DNA of 64,000 bases. Origin: Felis catus (Eukaryota). Positions 1 to 9,950 of this stretch are shown one piece after another. The stretch's first letter is position 1, and the number at the start of each line of letters is the position of its first letter. The position numbers and the translations under genes were made by a program. Location of the stretch: NCBI RefSeq assembly GCF_018350175.1, contig NC_058369.1, forward strand, positions 22,880,001-22,944,000. The letters run 5' to 3'. The notes under the pieces are model-generated. The model saw only the letters and a program-made list of their open reading frames with translations. It ran no database searches and had not been told where the DNA came from.

Positions 1-117
1 CTTAGAATATCCATCTCTGTACTTAGATTATCCATCTGTTCTTACCTATTTTCTATGTTTTCCATTAGTGCCTTTAGCATATTAATCATAGTTGTTTTTT
101 TTAAATGTTTATTTATT

Positions 118-158
<41 letters not shown>

Positions 159-380
159 AAGTGGGGGAGGGGCAGAGAGAGAGGGAGACACACAATTCGA
201 AGCAGGCTCCAGGCTCTGAGCTGTCAGCACAGTGCCCAACACGGGGCTCGAACCCACGAACTATGAGATCATGACCTGAGCCGAAGTCAGACACTTAACT
301 GACTGAGCCACTCAGGTGCCCCATTAATCATAGTTGTTTCAAATTCTCTGTCATAATTCCAGCCATACCTACCATCTTGG
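1..380 (-). mobile_element. Old L1 (L1M-type) fragment interrupted by a SINE
   Basis: 'ttttccattagtgcctttagcatattaatcatagttgttt..caaattctctgtcataattcc' resembles antisense ancient L1 sequence as I recall it; boundaries approximate. Confidence 0.45.
98..322 (-). mobile_element. Can-SINE (SINEC_Fc type)
   Basis: Reverse-complement tRNA-derived head, (GA)n tract and poly-T tail; 17-bp TSD attaatcatagttgttt at 81-97 and 323-339. Confidence 0.95.
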
Positions 381-384
381 AATA

Positions 385-630
385 CTGCTCAGTAGATAAG
401 AGCACAGACTCTGGAAGTAGAGTGCCTGTGTTTGAATTCTGGCTCTGCTCATCAGGTGTGTAATCTTTGACAGGATATGTCAGTTCTTTCTACTTTAGTT
501 TCTTCATTGGTGAAGTGGAAATACTCACAAAACCTACTTCATAGAGTTGTTAGGAGAATTGAATGAGTTAGCATGTGAAAAGCACTTAGAATAATGTCTG
601 ACACAAAGTAAGCGTTCTGTATACGTTAGA
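385..630 (+). mobile_element. MIR SINE
   Basis: MIR hallmarks 'aagagcacagactctggaagtagagtgcctgtgtttgaattctggctctg' and 'cctacttcatagagttgttaggagaattgaatgagtta..aaagcacttagaa'. Confidence 0.75.
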
Positions 631-689
631 TGATGCTGATAGTGACGGTGACTATGTTGATGATGAGACAGCCGTGTATACGACATACT

Positions 690-1010
690 AGCACACTCCC
701 ATCCAAGGGCCATTCATTGCCTGGGATCTCTCCTCTGCCTGGGGTGCTTCCCTCCAGGTGCCCACACAACCTGTTCCTCCTGTCTGTCAGTCTTTGCGTG
801 AGTGTCACCACAGCACTGAGACCTTTCCTGAACACCGTATATAAACACACAGCCCTTCTGCTACTGCTCTCCCCCTTGCCCAGTTTTGCTATTTTCTGTA
901 GCAAGTCTGGTTACCTGACAAACTATAGGTTTACTTACTTTTTGTTGACTTCACGTCTCCTTCAACTTAAATGTAGGCTGCGTAAGGGCAGGGTCTATCT
1001 TCGAACTTTA
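690..1010 (+). mobile_element. L2 LINE 3' relic
   Basis: 'ctctgcctggggtgcttccctcc...aatgtaggctgcgtaagggcagggtc' resembles a degenerate L2 3' end. Confidence 0.5.
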
Positions 1011-1301
1011 AATAATTAAAATATTTTTAGGGCAGTTTTCTCTATAGTCATATAAAAAAGTCCTGTGCAGCTCCTTGCAGTAAGGTTTTCTAAGAATATT
1101 TTATGACATCGGGAATATTTATATGGCGCTATCATATCTGTGCAAAAGCAGCCACAGACAGTAGAGAAGACTAAGAGAGATAGTGTGACCAGAACAGGAT
1201 CCATGCATGTAGGGACCGCCCGCAACCTGTGCCCACATCTGTCTGAGTTCACAGCCTTATGCCCTAAGCCACAAGTAATGCCTTTTGACTTTCTCTTTCA
1301 G

Positions 1302-1464
1302 TATGAATACTTCAATGCTGTGCTGATAAACGAAAGGGACAAAGATGGGAATTTTTTGGAGCTGGGGAAGGAATTCATCTTAGCCCCAAATGACCATTTT
1401 AATAATTTGCCTGTGAACATCAGTCTGAGTGACGTCCAGGTGCCAACGAACATGTACAACAAAG
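1302..1464 (+). CDS. CACNA2D3: CACNA2D3 internal coding exon (probably exon 5), alpha2delta-3 N-terminal Cache/VWA_N region
   Basis: Acceptor ttttgactttctctttcag|TAT and donor AAAG|gtaagg; 163 nt encoding YEYFNAVLINERDKDGNFLELGKEFILAPNDHFNNLPVNISLSDVQVPTNMYNK(D). This matches alpha2delta-3 as recalled, not the diverged CACNA2D4 paralog. Confidence 0.97.
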
Positions 1465-1681
1465 GTAAGGCTCACCGCTGCGGCTCCTTTTAGAGGGTGA
1501 AGGGCAGGGCTTGTGAGGGACAACCCCGGCTGGTTTGGGTATTGGGTTTTATGAAAAACACAACTACAAGCTGGCCGTGTCAGCAGGAGCTGGATAGGTG
1601 AGGTGTGCATGCCTGTTGTGCCTGGAGATGGCTCACTGTTTCCCCAGCTGGTGTGTGCATCGAGCAGTCTAACGTGGAATC

Positions 1682-1903
1682 CAGGGGCTGGCAAACCTTT
1701 CCTGTAAAGGGCCAGATAGTAACTAACTTAGGCTTTGTGAGCCATAGAGTCTCTGTTGCAACTACCCAGCTCTGCAGTTCTGGCACCAAAGCGGCTGTAG
1801 ACACGACATAAATCGGCGGATATGGCCGTGTTCCAGTCAGACTTTTTATCTACAAAAACAGATGGCTGGGTTTGACCTGCAGGCTGTAGTTCACTGACCC
1901 CAG
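1682..1903 (+). mobile_element. MER58-like hAT-Charlie MITE
   Basis: TIRs caggggctggcaaac ... gttcactgaccccag; 8-bp TSD gtggaatc (1674-1681) / gtggagtc (1904-1911). Confidence 0.85.
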
Positions 1904-2221
1904 GTGGAGTCTTTCTCTCTTCTCTTCCATTTCTTATAATGCTTTAGTGGATCAGAAGCCCCTGGGGTTGCGACAGGATCAGCTGTGGTCTTTGCCTAGA
2001 ATACAAAGTAGAATGGACTTTGTTTTCAAGTTTGAATATAGAATCTGCTCAAATCCAGCCTTCACATAGACTCTAGAGTTCTTTCCCCCAAATTCCCATC
2101 TGCCTGTGGAACCTGAGATTATAATGTCCAAAGACAGGGTTCTGGCCTCAGACTGCCTCTGGTTGGTCCTGCATCCATCGCTTACTGACTGTGACCTTGG
2201 GTGCACCATCTTGTCTTTTTA

Positions 2222-2455
2222 TTTGTTTTTTTTTTTTTTAATTTTTTTTTTTCAACGTTTATTTATTTTTGGGACAGAGAGAGACAGAGCATGAACGGGG
2301 GAGGGGCAGAGAGAGAGGGAGACACAGAATCGGAAACAGGCTCCAGGCTCTGAGCCATCAGCCCAGAGCCTGACGCGGGGCTCGAACTCACGGACCGTGA
2401 GATCGTGACCTGGCTGAAGTCGGACGCTTAACCGACTGCGCCACCCAGGCGCCCC
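2222..2455 (-). mobile_element. Young Can-SINE (SINEC_Fc)
   Basis: CpG-rich, nearly identical to the copies at 26304 and 40515; TSD ttgtcttttta at 2211-2221 and 2457-2467. Confidence 0.96.
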
Positions 2456-2759
2456 ATTGTCTTTTTAGATCTTAGTTTCCACATATCTAGGATGTGGATA
2501 ATAATTGTGTCCATCTCATAATAATACGGTTAAGTTCAGGATGTTGCCTTCCTCATCCTCACCTTTAGTGAGTAGGATTTTGCTCTGCGTTCTCAGGCCT
2601 GGGAGGCTCCTACAAAAAGAGCCATCCTCCTGGAAAAGTAAGTCAGAGAGCCATGGCATCTTCAAAGTAAAAATCTGCCCCATTGTCTGCCGCCGAGCTT
2701 TCTAAAACATTGGGGGCCGGATTCCACCACCCACCCAGTTTCAGTGTCATATCCAGAGG

Positions 2760-2990
2760 GCAGCGGTCAAGAGAAGGGCTCTGGGTTTGAGTCCCACTCT
2801 TCCTCTTGTCAGCTCTGTGATCCTAAGCAGGTAATTGTGCCTTCCCAAGCCTTGGTTTCCCTTTCTGTAAAATAGGGACAAGGATACCACCTCCCTTCCG
2901 GGGGTTGTTGTGAGGATATGGAATGATGTGTCTACAGCCTTCGCGATGAGACGCTCATGGAAAGTGCTCAGTGCATCTGAGCTGCTCTTG
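2760..2990 (+). mobile_element. MIR SINE
   Basis: MIR core 'ccttggtttcccttttctgtaaaataggg..ggggttgttgtgaggat'. Confidence 0.65.
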
Positions 2991-5900
2991 TTGTTGTCGG
3001 GAAGTACCGTGAATATAAATCGCATTTCTAAATTATTCTAGATCATTATTTGAAAAGCTTGGTCAATGATTAAAGAATTTCTAACTCAATGCCTGAAACA
3101 TTCTTCTCGTGCTTGTCTTTTGTGGCCGTGCTACTAATGGCTCCCTTCCCGGTTTACCTACTGCCCATCCTTAAAATTCAGAGGAGGCGGTATCCCATCT
3201 ATTAACTGCTCTGACACTTATTGGGGACCCCATGGTGAACCAGACAGAGCCCCTCCCTCTAGGGGGTCACAGTTTATTTGGGGGAAATGGATAGGTAATG
3301 AGATCATTAGAACGCTGTGTGTGTCACCTGCTGGCTACAGTTACAGACATCTGGGGGCAGTGGGAGCTCCAAGACGGAACCTGACCACGTGCTCGTGTGG
3401 GCAGCCACATGTTTGTCTTTCTCTGTCTCTCTTAGAGACAGTGATGCTGGGCTGAACTGTCCCTAGTGGGCTCTGGGCTGGACTATATCCTGTGACCTAA
3501 TCTTTACTTTGGACTCTTCCCTAGGACAGATCCCTTAGAGTCTAAGCCTCCTTAGAGGGCTGAGCTCAACCTTGTCCAGTGGTTGAGGACCTCGTCCTAG
3601 TCCTCCAGGGTGATCCCATTAGCTGAGGAAGGAAACCCCCTTCTGTGCAGTGTGGCTGGAAGAAAGCCATCCTCTCAGCATTAAATACATTCTCAACTGA
3701 AGATGAAAAATTAACAAGATTTTACAGAGCAATTTCAGGCATAAAACAATTCAGAATGATCTTTTAAAATATGGCAGCTGCTTCAAGGTTGCTCGAGCCA
3801 TTAGCACCATTATAGAGGTTTAATTGCACCTTGAGCTTTAAAGGCATAATTGTACCTTTCGATGGCAGCAACACATAAGGGACCAGCACTGCCATTGATC
3901 ACACAGGCTGCAGAATCAGGGCTACGAGACTTGCTAGGCAGAATCTTAATAGATCACTTGAACCATGGAAGTAGGTAATAATATTTAAAGTCAACCTCAG
4001 CAGCCCTTGTAGGGCCTGCCTACCACCCCTACCCAGACTCACTGGTCCCCCAGCTAGGTCGTGGGGTCACGGGCTGAGGTCAGCCAGGCACTGGATCTTG
4101 TCTCTGCCAAGCAGTGAGTAGCTAGTGGCCCAAGGGGGAGAGGAAGGGACTTTAGGAAAATTCCTGTCTCCATTCCACCTAATTCAAACCAGCCTCAAAC
4201 AGTCTTTTTTTCTTTTCAAGCTGCAGAAATGTATTTCATGTTAAGAGGGCTTGCCAGCTCAGATCTAGTTATTGATGACATGTACGTGGGACACGTGCTC
4301 AGAGCTTGGTCGCTGACTGCTGTGACATTCCTAGGTTAGAAATCTTGCCCTGACAGAGGAAACCGGTACAGGGTCCGCTTTCTAGGCAGCTTGGACATAA
4401 CCGAGTGGGCTCGTAGCAGGGTGGTTTGATACTTGCCTACGAGCTGCTGTGTGCTGTGCTCTTGCCATAACTTCTTGTCACAGCTGAACACAGCTGGTAA
4501 ACACTACCTGCTTGTCGCAGTCTGCTCTTCGCCTCCTTGGCTGGGCCTTGCAACCAGGCCGTTCACCCAGGTCAGCATATGCCCCTGCTCCAGGTGCCTT
4601 TCTTACAGGCACTGCGAGAGACTGGGGCATCAGAGTGCATGGCACGTGGGCAAGCCATGAGAATTCAAAGAGCCACATTCCACGTCTTTAGAAATGTGTC
4701 TTAGGATCCTTGTGGCGCCCTATGCAGCAGCTTCTTCACGAACCTTCTTCAGTAGAGGTTTGCTCAGTGGCTACTCTGGCACCCCCAGCCTGTGCATCTT
4801 GCTGCCCGTGACACTTCTTTGAAGAATGGCTGCCCATGCCTCTGGAGCCGTGGAAACTCCACTGCCTGGACGAGTAAAGCATGGGGCAGGATGCTTGTTT
4901 GAGGACCACTGATGGTCTGACAGTAGATTCAGATAAAACTGAATTCTTTTTTAAGTCCTCTTTGGGCTGAAATGGTGTAAAATTCACATGCACACACATG
5001 CACACATGTGCATGTACGCATGCCTACATATGTGCATGTGGGCATGTGTATAGTTTGTGTATGTGTGTTTATATATGTGTGTATGAAAGAAAAACTCTGC
5101 TCTCAACCTGCCCTTTTATTCCCACTTGCACCTCTGTGCACCCAGGTGAGAGTTCATGGAGTATACCTTTGTCTTTCTTCCATGATGCCCTGTTTCACTC
5201 CATTTGTCATCCCTGCCTCCTCTTTCCTCCTTACGCGAGTGTTCTTCTCAAAACCAGTTCAGTAAACCTTTCCTTTGCTCTTTTATTACGTGACTTGGGT
5301 TTATTCCTTGGTTTTAGCATTGTTTTGTCCCAGGAGTGCATTGCATACTTTTTTTCCTTTTCCACTTGGAGTTCTCTGAGGGCGGGGCACCCTGCTGGCT
5401 CAGCCTGGTGCCCCACTTTGCCCTAAACAGCATGCTTCTTGCTTATTGGGTTTTCTAGAGATGTGGGATCAGCTGGGAGATACCAGTGCCCATGCCTCCT
5501 GGGCTGTGAGAAGTCAACCCTGGTTGTAGTGTTCCCATGGTGTTCACAAGCAGCAGAAACATATCCTGGCTGATTTAAATGGAAAAGAAACCTTTTGAAA
5601 GGACATTGGGTCACTCACAGATTCTCCAAGAGAGATAGAGAATAAGACTTGGAAAATGGTGGGGAAGGAGGGTGGCCAGGGGTCAGTCACACCCAGAGCC
5701 AGCCTGGTGAGGCTCCTGCACTGATTTGCCCCACCAGTGCCCCTGTGACTGCATAAAGTGTCTGTGCGTCATTTTCCTCAAACTTAAATTGGAGATGATA
5801 ATCCCAGTGACCTGCTTCAGGGGGTTGCGGTGCGAGTTAAACATTTAGAAGGATGCTTGGTGCATGGTGACTGCCTGGTACACAAGCTTGGGCTAGTTTC

Positions 5901-7539
5901 TCTTCTCCTCGATCCTCAGCATCCTTAGCTATACAGCAAGTGGAATAACAATCCTAACCTTATGGAAGTACTGGGAGCATGGCAGCAGCGATGCCCATGT
6001 GGGTTGGGAAGGAGTGGCTCACCCACTGATGTTGGCTCCTGTCACCTGCTGGCTGGAAAGTACAACCCATGTCATGGGGCTGCAGTCAGATAGCACAGAC
6101 AGGTAAAGCATGTGGCCTGTCAGGGAGCCTGGTACTTGACGAAGGCCAATGCACTCCGCTATTATTGTGACCATATGAGTTTGTTCAATTCTCACCACAA
6201 TTATGGTTAAGAGAGGAGGACCTTCAGGCGGAGGCAGGGTTAGAACCAGGCATTTTCATTGTGTCCTGTCTGGACCCCCCACCACCTCGGTGCCTGGGTT
6301 GGTAGACTGGGAGTCATTTTTCTCAAGGGCTTGGAACCCAAGACCTGGATATAGACCAGAATTTGGACTGTAAGCCTCTGCTTACATCTTGTCATGGCTG
6401 CGGAAGAACACAAATGGGCAGTTCCATGATGCTGGGTTGTTTTGGGGTTTTGGCTGCCAGTCTGAGAGTTTTCACCTTCCTTGTCCCATTCTGCTCCCAC
6501 ACTTCCCTCCTTCCTTCCATCACTGTGAAACAGTGGCGCTGCCTCTGAGACGGAGGAAAGCCAGAAGATAACCGTGGAATAGAAAAGGTGACGGGTTCAA
6601 TATGTGCCCCTAGATAACATTAAACACACATGACTCTATGATTCGGCTGGGGGGTCAGCAGGGAGGGAACGAAGCCTATAGCTTCTGAGTATTTTTAGAC
6701 CAAGCAACAGAGAGGCAGAGGTCACAGCTTCTTTCTTGGCAGTTTTAGCCTGGATAAAAAATGCAAATCTTAGAAGTTAATGTGTTTAAACTTTTGCATC
6801 ATTTTAGCACCTTGGCCTTGTTTTCTTCCCTCTTCAGCCCCATGAGGGCACTGAGGCGGTGTTCTCGTGTCTGTGTTTCAGATGAAGAAACGAAGGGTCA
6901 GAGAAGCCCCATGACTTGCTCCAGGTCACACAGGTAGGAAGGCTCATGCCAGGGTGGACCTCGACATCCTGATGAGGGGTCTAGCTTCCTCTGATGCCTC
7001 TCTGGGCATGAGCTCTGAGAAAGTAAGGACCTGGTCCCCCAGGGTCCCCTGTCTGGGGCTCAGTCACTTCCTGTCCACTTTAGGATATAGGAATTTTTGC
7101 TCAGGCTGAGAACCTCAGCCCTAGGCCTATCACCAGCCTTCCTCTGAAGCTCTAACTCTCCCTGGGCACTGCCAGGGCACAAGTCCCCACGGTAGTGATA
7201 CCCCAGACGCTTCTCCTGAGTCTTGTCTCTGGCCACTCTCTGGCCAGCCCTCCTCCCCCTTCCATGACACACAGCCTAATGATTTCAATGACTTGAGTTC
7301 CCACTTGAGCTGGGGTGAGCTGCTGACCCAGGTAGCTTTTGCATATCAGCCCTGCACACATTTTTGGCCTAAGAAGTACAAAGGCTCCAACTGTTGGCTT
7401 AGGATACAAAGGGGGAGATAGCAGAGAGAGGTGGTCTGCCTGGCAGAGGTGGGAGAGGGGCATGACCTAGGCTACCTTTTCTTCTTCTTGTTTTCCCCGG
7501 CAGGGTGTCTGGTCAAGTGGACTGGGTTGCACAGCTCTC

Positions 7540-7542
<3 letters not shown>

Positions 7543-7586
<44 letters not shown>

Positions 7587-7599
7587 CGTGCGCGCGCGT
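7543..7599. repeat. (TG)n microsatellite followed by a CG-alternating tail
   Basis: About 20 TG units, then acgcgtgcgcgcgcgt. Confidence 0.95.
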
Positions 7600-8046
7600 A
7601 TTGGGTCGGGGGAGAGTGTCCAACCCCTGAAAATGAAACAGGCCTAAGGAAAGTGAGACCCGTAGCCAACGTGGCAGAACCCAAGGATTCAGTCTGTCTG
7701 CTACAACCCAGTAGGTTCTTCTAAAAAGCCCAGGGAAGGACAGAGGTCTGGTGAGGGGGACTTGGGTCCCTGGCTTGGAAGCAGAGTATGCTTGCTGCTG
7801 TACGGATGAGCAGGACTGCTGGGTTTGGATTTGTCAGATGTCACAACCTGTCTTTCACATGTTGGGTTTGATAAATCGCAAAACACGCTTTGCCAAGCAC
7901 TTCTCCCCTTAATTACATGTGTATATTTTAAGGGAGATTTAATCCATATGTTTCTGATTTGTTTACACGGAAATCATTTAAATGTTTTCTAAGAGCCATT
8001 TGATGTGCAGGAAGGCTCATGAACCTTTTAAAGAGCTGTGTTAAAA

Positions 8047-9950
8047 GTGACATCACCAAGACAGCGATATAGGTTGTTCCTGACTTTGCTCCCCTCGTGA
8101 GAACGGCCAACATCTACTCACCAACAAGACACCACTGAGAGAAACCCAGAACGCGGGGGTGAAGCGGAAGCACCCCCGCACCACAGAGACCAAGACAGAC
8201 AGTGTTAGGGGGTAAGAGGAGCAGTTCCACGTGCACCCCGTTCCCCTCCCCCGGGCCAGTGCAGGACCACCCCAAGGAAGATCCCCCAGAGCCTCCGTTC
8301 CTACCGGTTGGAAAGGAAAGCCCAGGGGTGACAACCAACCTTCCCCAGCATCGTGGGTCACTTTGGGGGAGCCCCTACCCTGATCTCACACTATGGGGAC
8401 TGCAGGGGAATCTTCGGGGCCCAGACGCTGGCGATCAGACTGTGATGAAGAAGGGGGAGGGGCTGGCAACAACCAGCACGCGGGTCTCGGTGGACCCAGT
8501 TCCCGCCCGCAGTGCCCAAGCGGTGACCCCAGCCGGCGGCTCTCCTCCTCTGCACAACCGAGTCAGGGGCGGACTCTGACCAGAGATCTTGGTGGGGTGG
8601 GCTCTGGGGTGGTCCAGAGACCAGTTTGCCCCCACTCGTGCAAGGTGCTGAGTCACAGCCCCAGCTGCTGCGGTCCCATGTGACCAGAAGGGCTGGCCAC
8701 AACTCCTGGCAGCCGTGTGCAAGAGGCAGGATGGCAGAGCTGACCCCCCTCGCCCCCAGGGCACAGCCAGCACTGGGCATGCGGGCTTCCGTGCTGTGCA
8801 CAGGCAAGAAGGCTGATGCATAGCCAAGGCTGAGGTTGAGCTCCTGGCCCCTCCTATCTTGAGAGCCTGTTGGGAAGTTGAGAGGAGGCTGGATTGTGCC
8901 CCACCTCCCACCCAGGCAAGGGGGCTGAGACATAGCCGCGCCCACCGTGGAGGCCCCTCCTGACTAGAGGGCTGGCACCACGCCTGGAAGCTGTGTGGCC
9001 CAGGGGCACTCAGGCTGAGGGAAGAGCAGACGGAGCAAGGCCCGTGGCCCCGTTCAGCCAGGGAACTGGGCTGCGAGCTGACCCGAGCTAGGACAACAAG
9101 CCCTTTGCTGGGTTAAGAGCTGCTCCTCCCCCGGCCTCTGGCAGGCAGGGAGTCTACTCTGTGGCCGTGACCTTCCCTGAAATGAGCCTTCAGCCTGTCT
9201 GACCCGGGAACCTAACAGAGCACAGGGGTTGCTGCAGAGCCCATTCAGCGGCCCTACAGACAGTGGCACTCTGAACACAGAGCATAGGCCACGGCTTGCC
9301 CTGTCTGCAGAACAAAACCGGTGGCCTCCCCTGACCAGGGAAATCGGTGCACACTCGGGCCTGACTCGGGCCCCCAAACAATGAGCTGTCCAAGCCCTGG
9401 GCCGTGGCCTGAGACCCTGCCAGGGCAGGGAAGCTAATTCATAGCCCCACCTAACATTGAACATAGCGCCCAGGCCCACCCGTCTCGGAAGCCTGACCAG
9501 AGAATCCAGGCCGGCACAGCGCCCTTCCTACAGAGTCGCTCGGGTGGGGGACCGGGCCAACAATGCCACCCAGGCACACCCCCACCCCCTGTCCTCAGGG
9601 CTCTCGCAGTTGCCTTTCCTGAAAAGAGACCATAATAGCAGGTCCCACCTGCCCAAACACGTTCCCAGCAGTCACACCCAGAAACCCCCATTGGGCTGAC
9701 TGCTGAAGAACTGAGTCTGCCAAGGCAAACCTGGAAGAGGAGGCCCATTACTCAAATGTGCAAATACTAGTGTAAGGAATCAAGGCTCACGAAAAGTCAG
9801 ATGTTAGCTAAACTTACTGTGGTAATCATCTCACAGTATGTGTAAACCATCTTGCTCTATGCCTTAAACGTATATAATGGAGTATGTGAATTATTTCTCA
9901 ATAAAACTGGGGAAAGAAGAAAAAAAGAGAGCGCCAAACAAGAAAAAAAG
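8047..9950 (+). mobile_element. Internally deleted or spliced L1 derivative: GC-rich 5'UTR joined directly to the 3' terminus and A-rich tail
   Basis: Begins with an L1-like 5' motif 'gacatcaccaagacagcgatatagg..'. Runs to the pre-ORF1 motif 'ctggaagagg..tcaaatgtgcaaatactagtgtaaggaatcaaggctcacgaaaagtcag' (~9800). Then passes straight into the L1 3' end 'atgttagctaaacttactgtggtaatcat..ttctcaataaaactgggg' and an A-rich tail. Confidence 0.7.

Noticed and set aside
1140..1493. 117-aa ORF as a standalone gene
   Set aside because: Only 1302-1464 is coding and it is bounded by canonical splice sites; the flanks are intronic read-through
8202..9748. Cluster of long overlapping ORFs (125-184 aa) suggesting a nested gene or CpG-island promoter
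   Set aside because: GC-rich sequence is poor in stop codons; no recognisable protein; better explained as an L1 5'UTR
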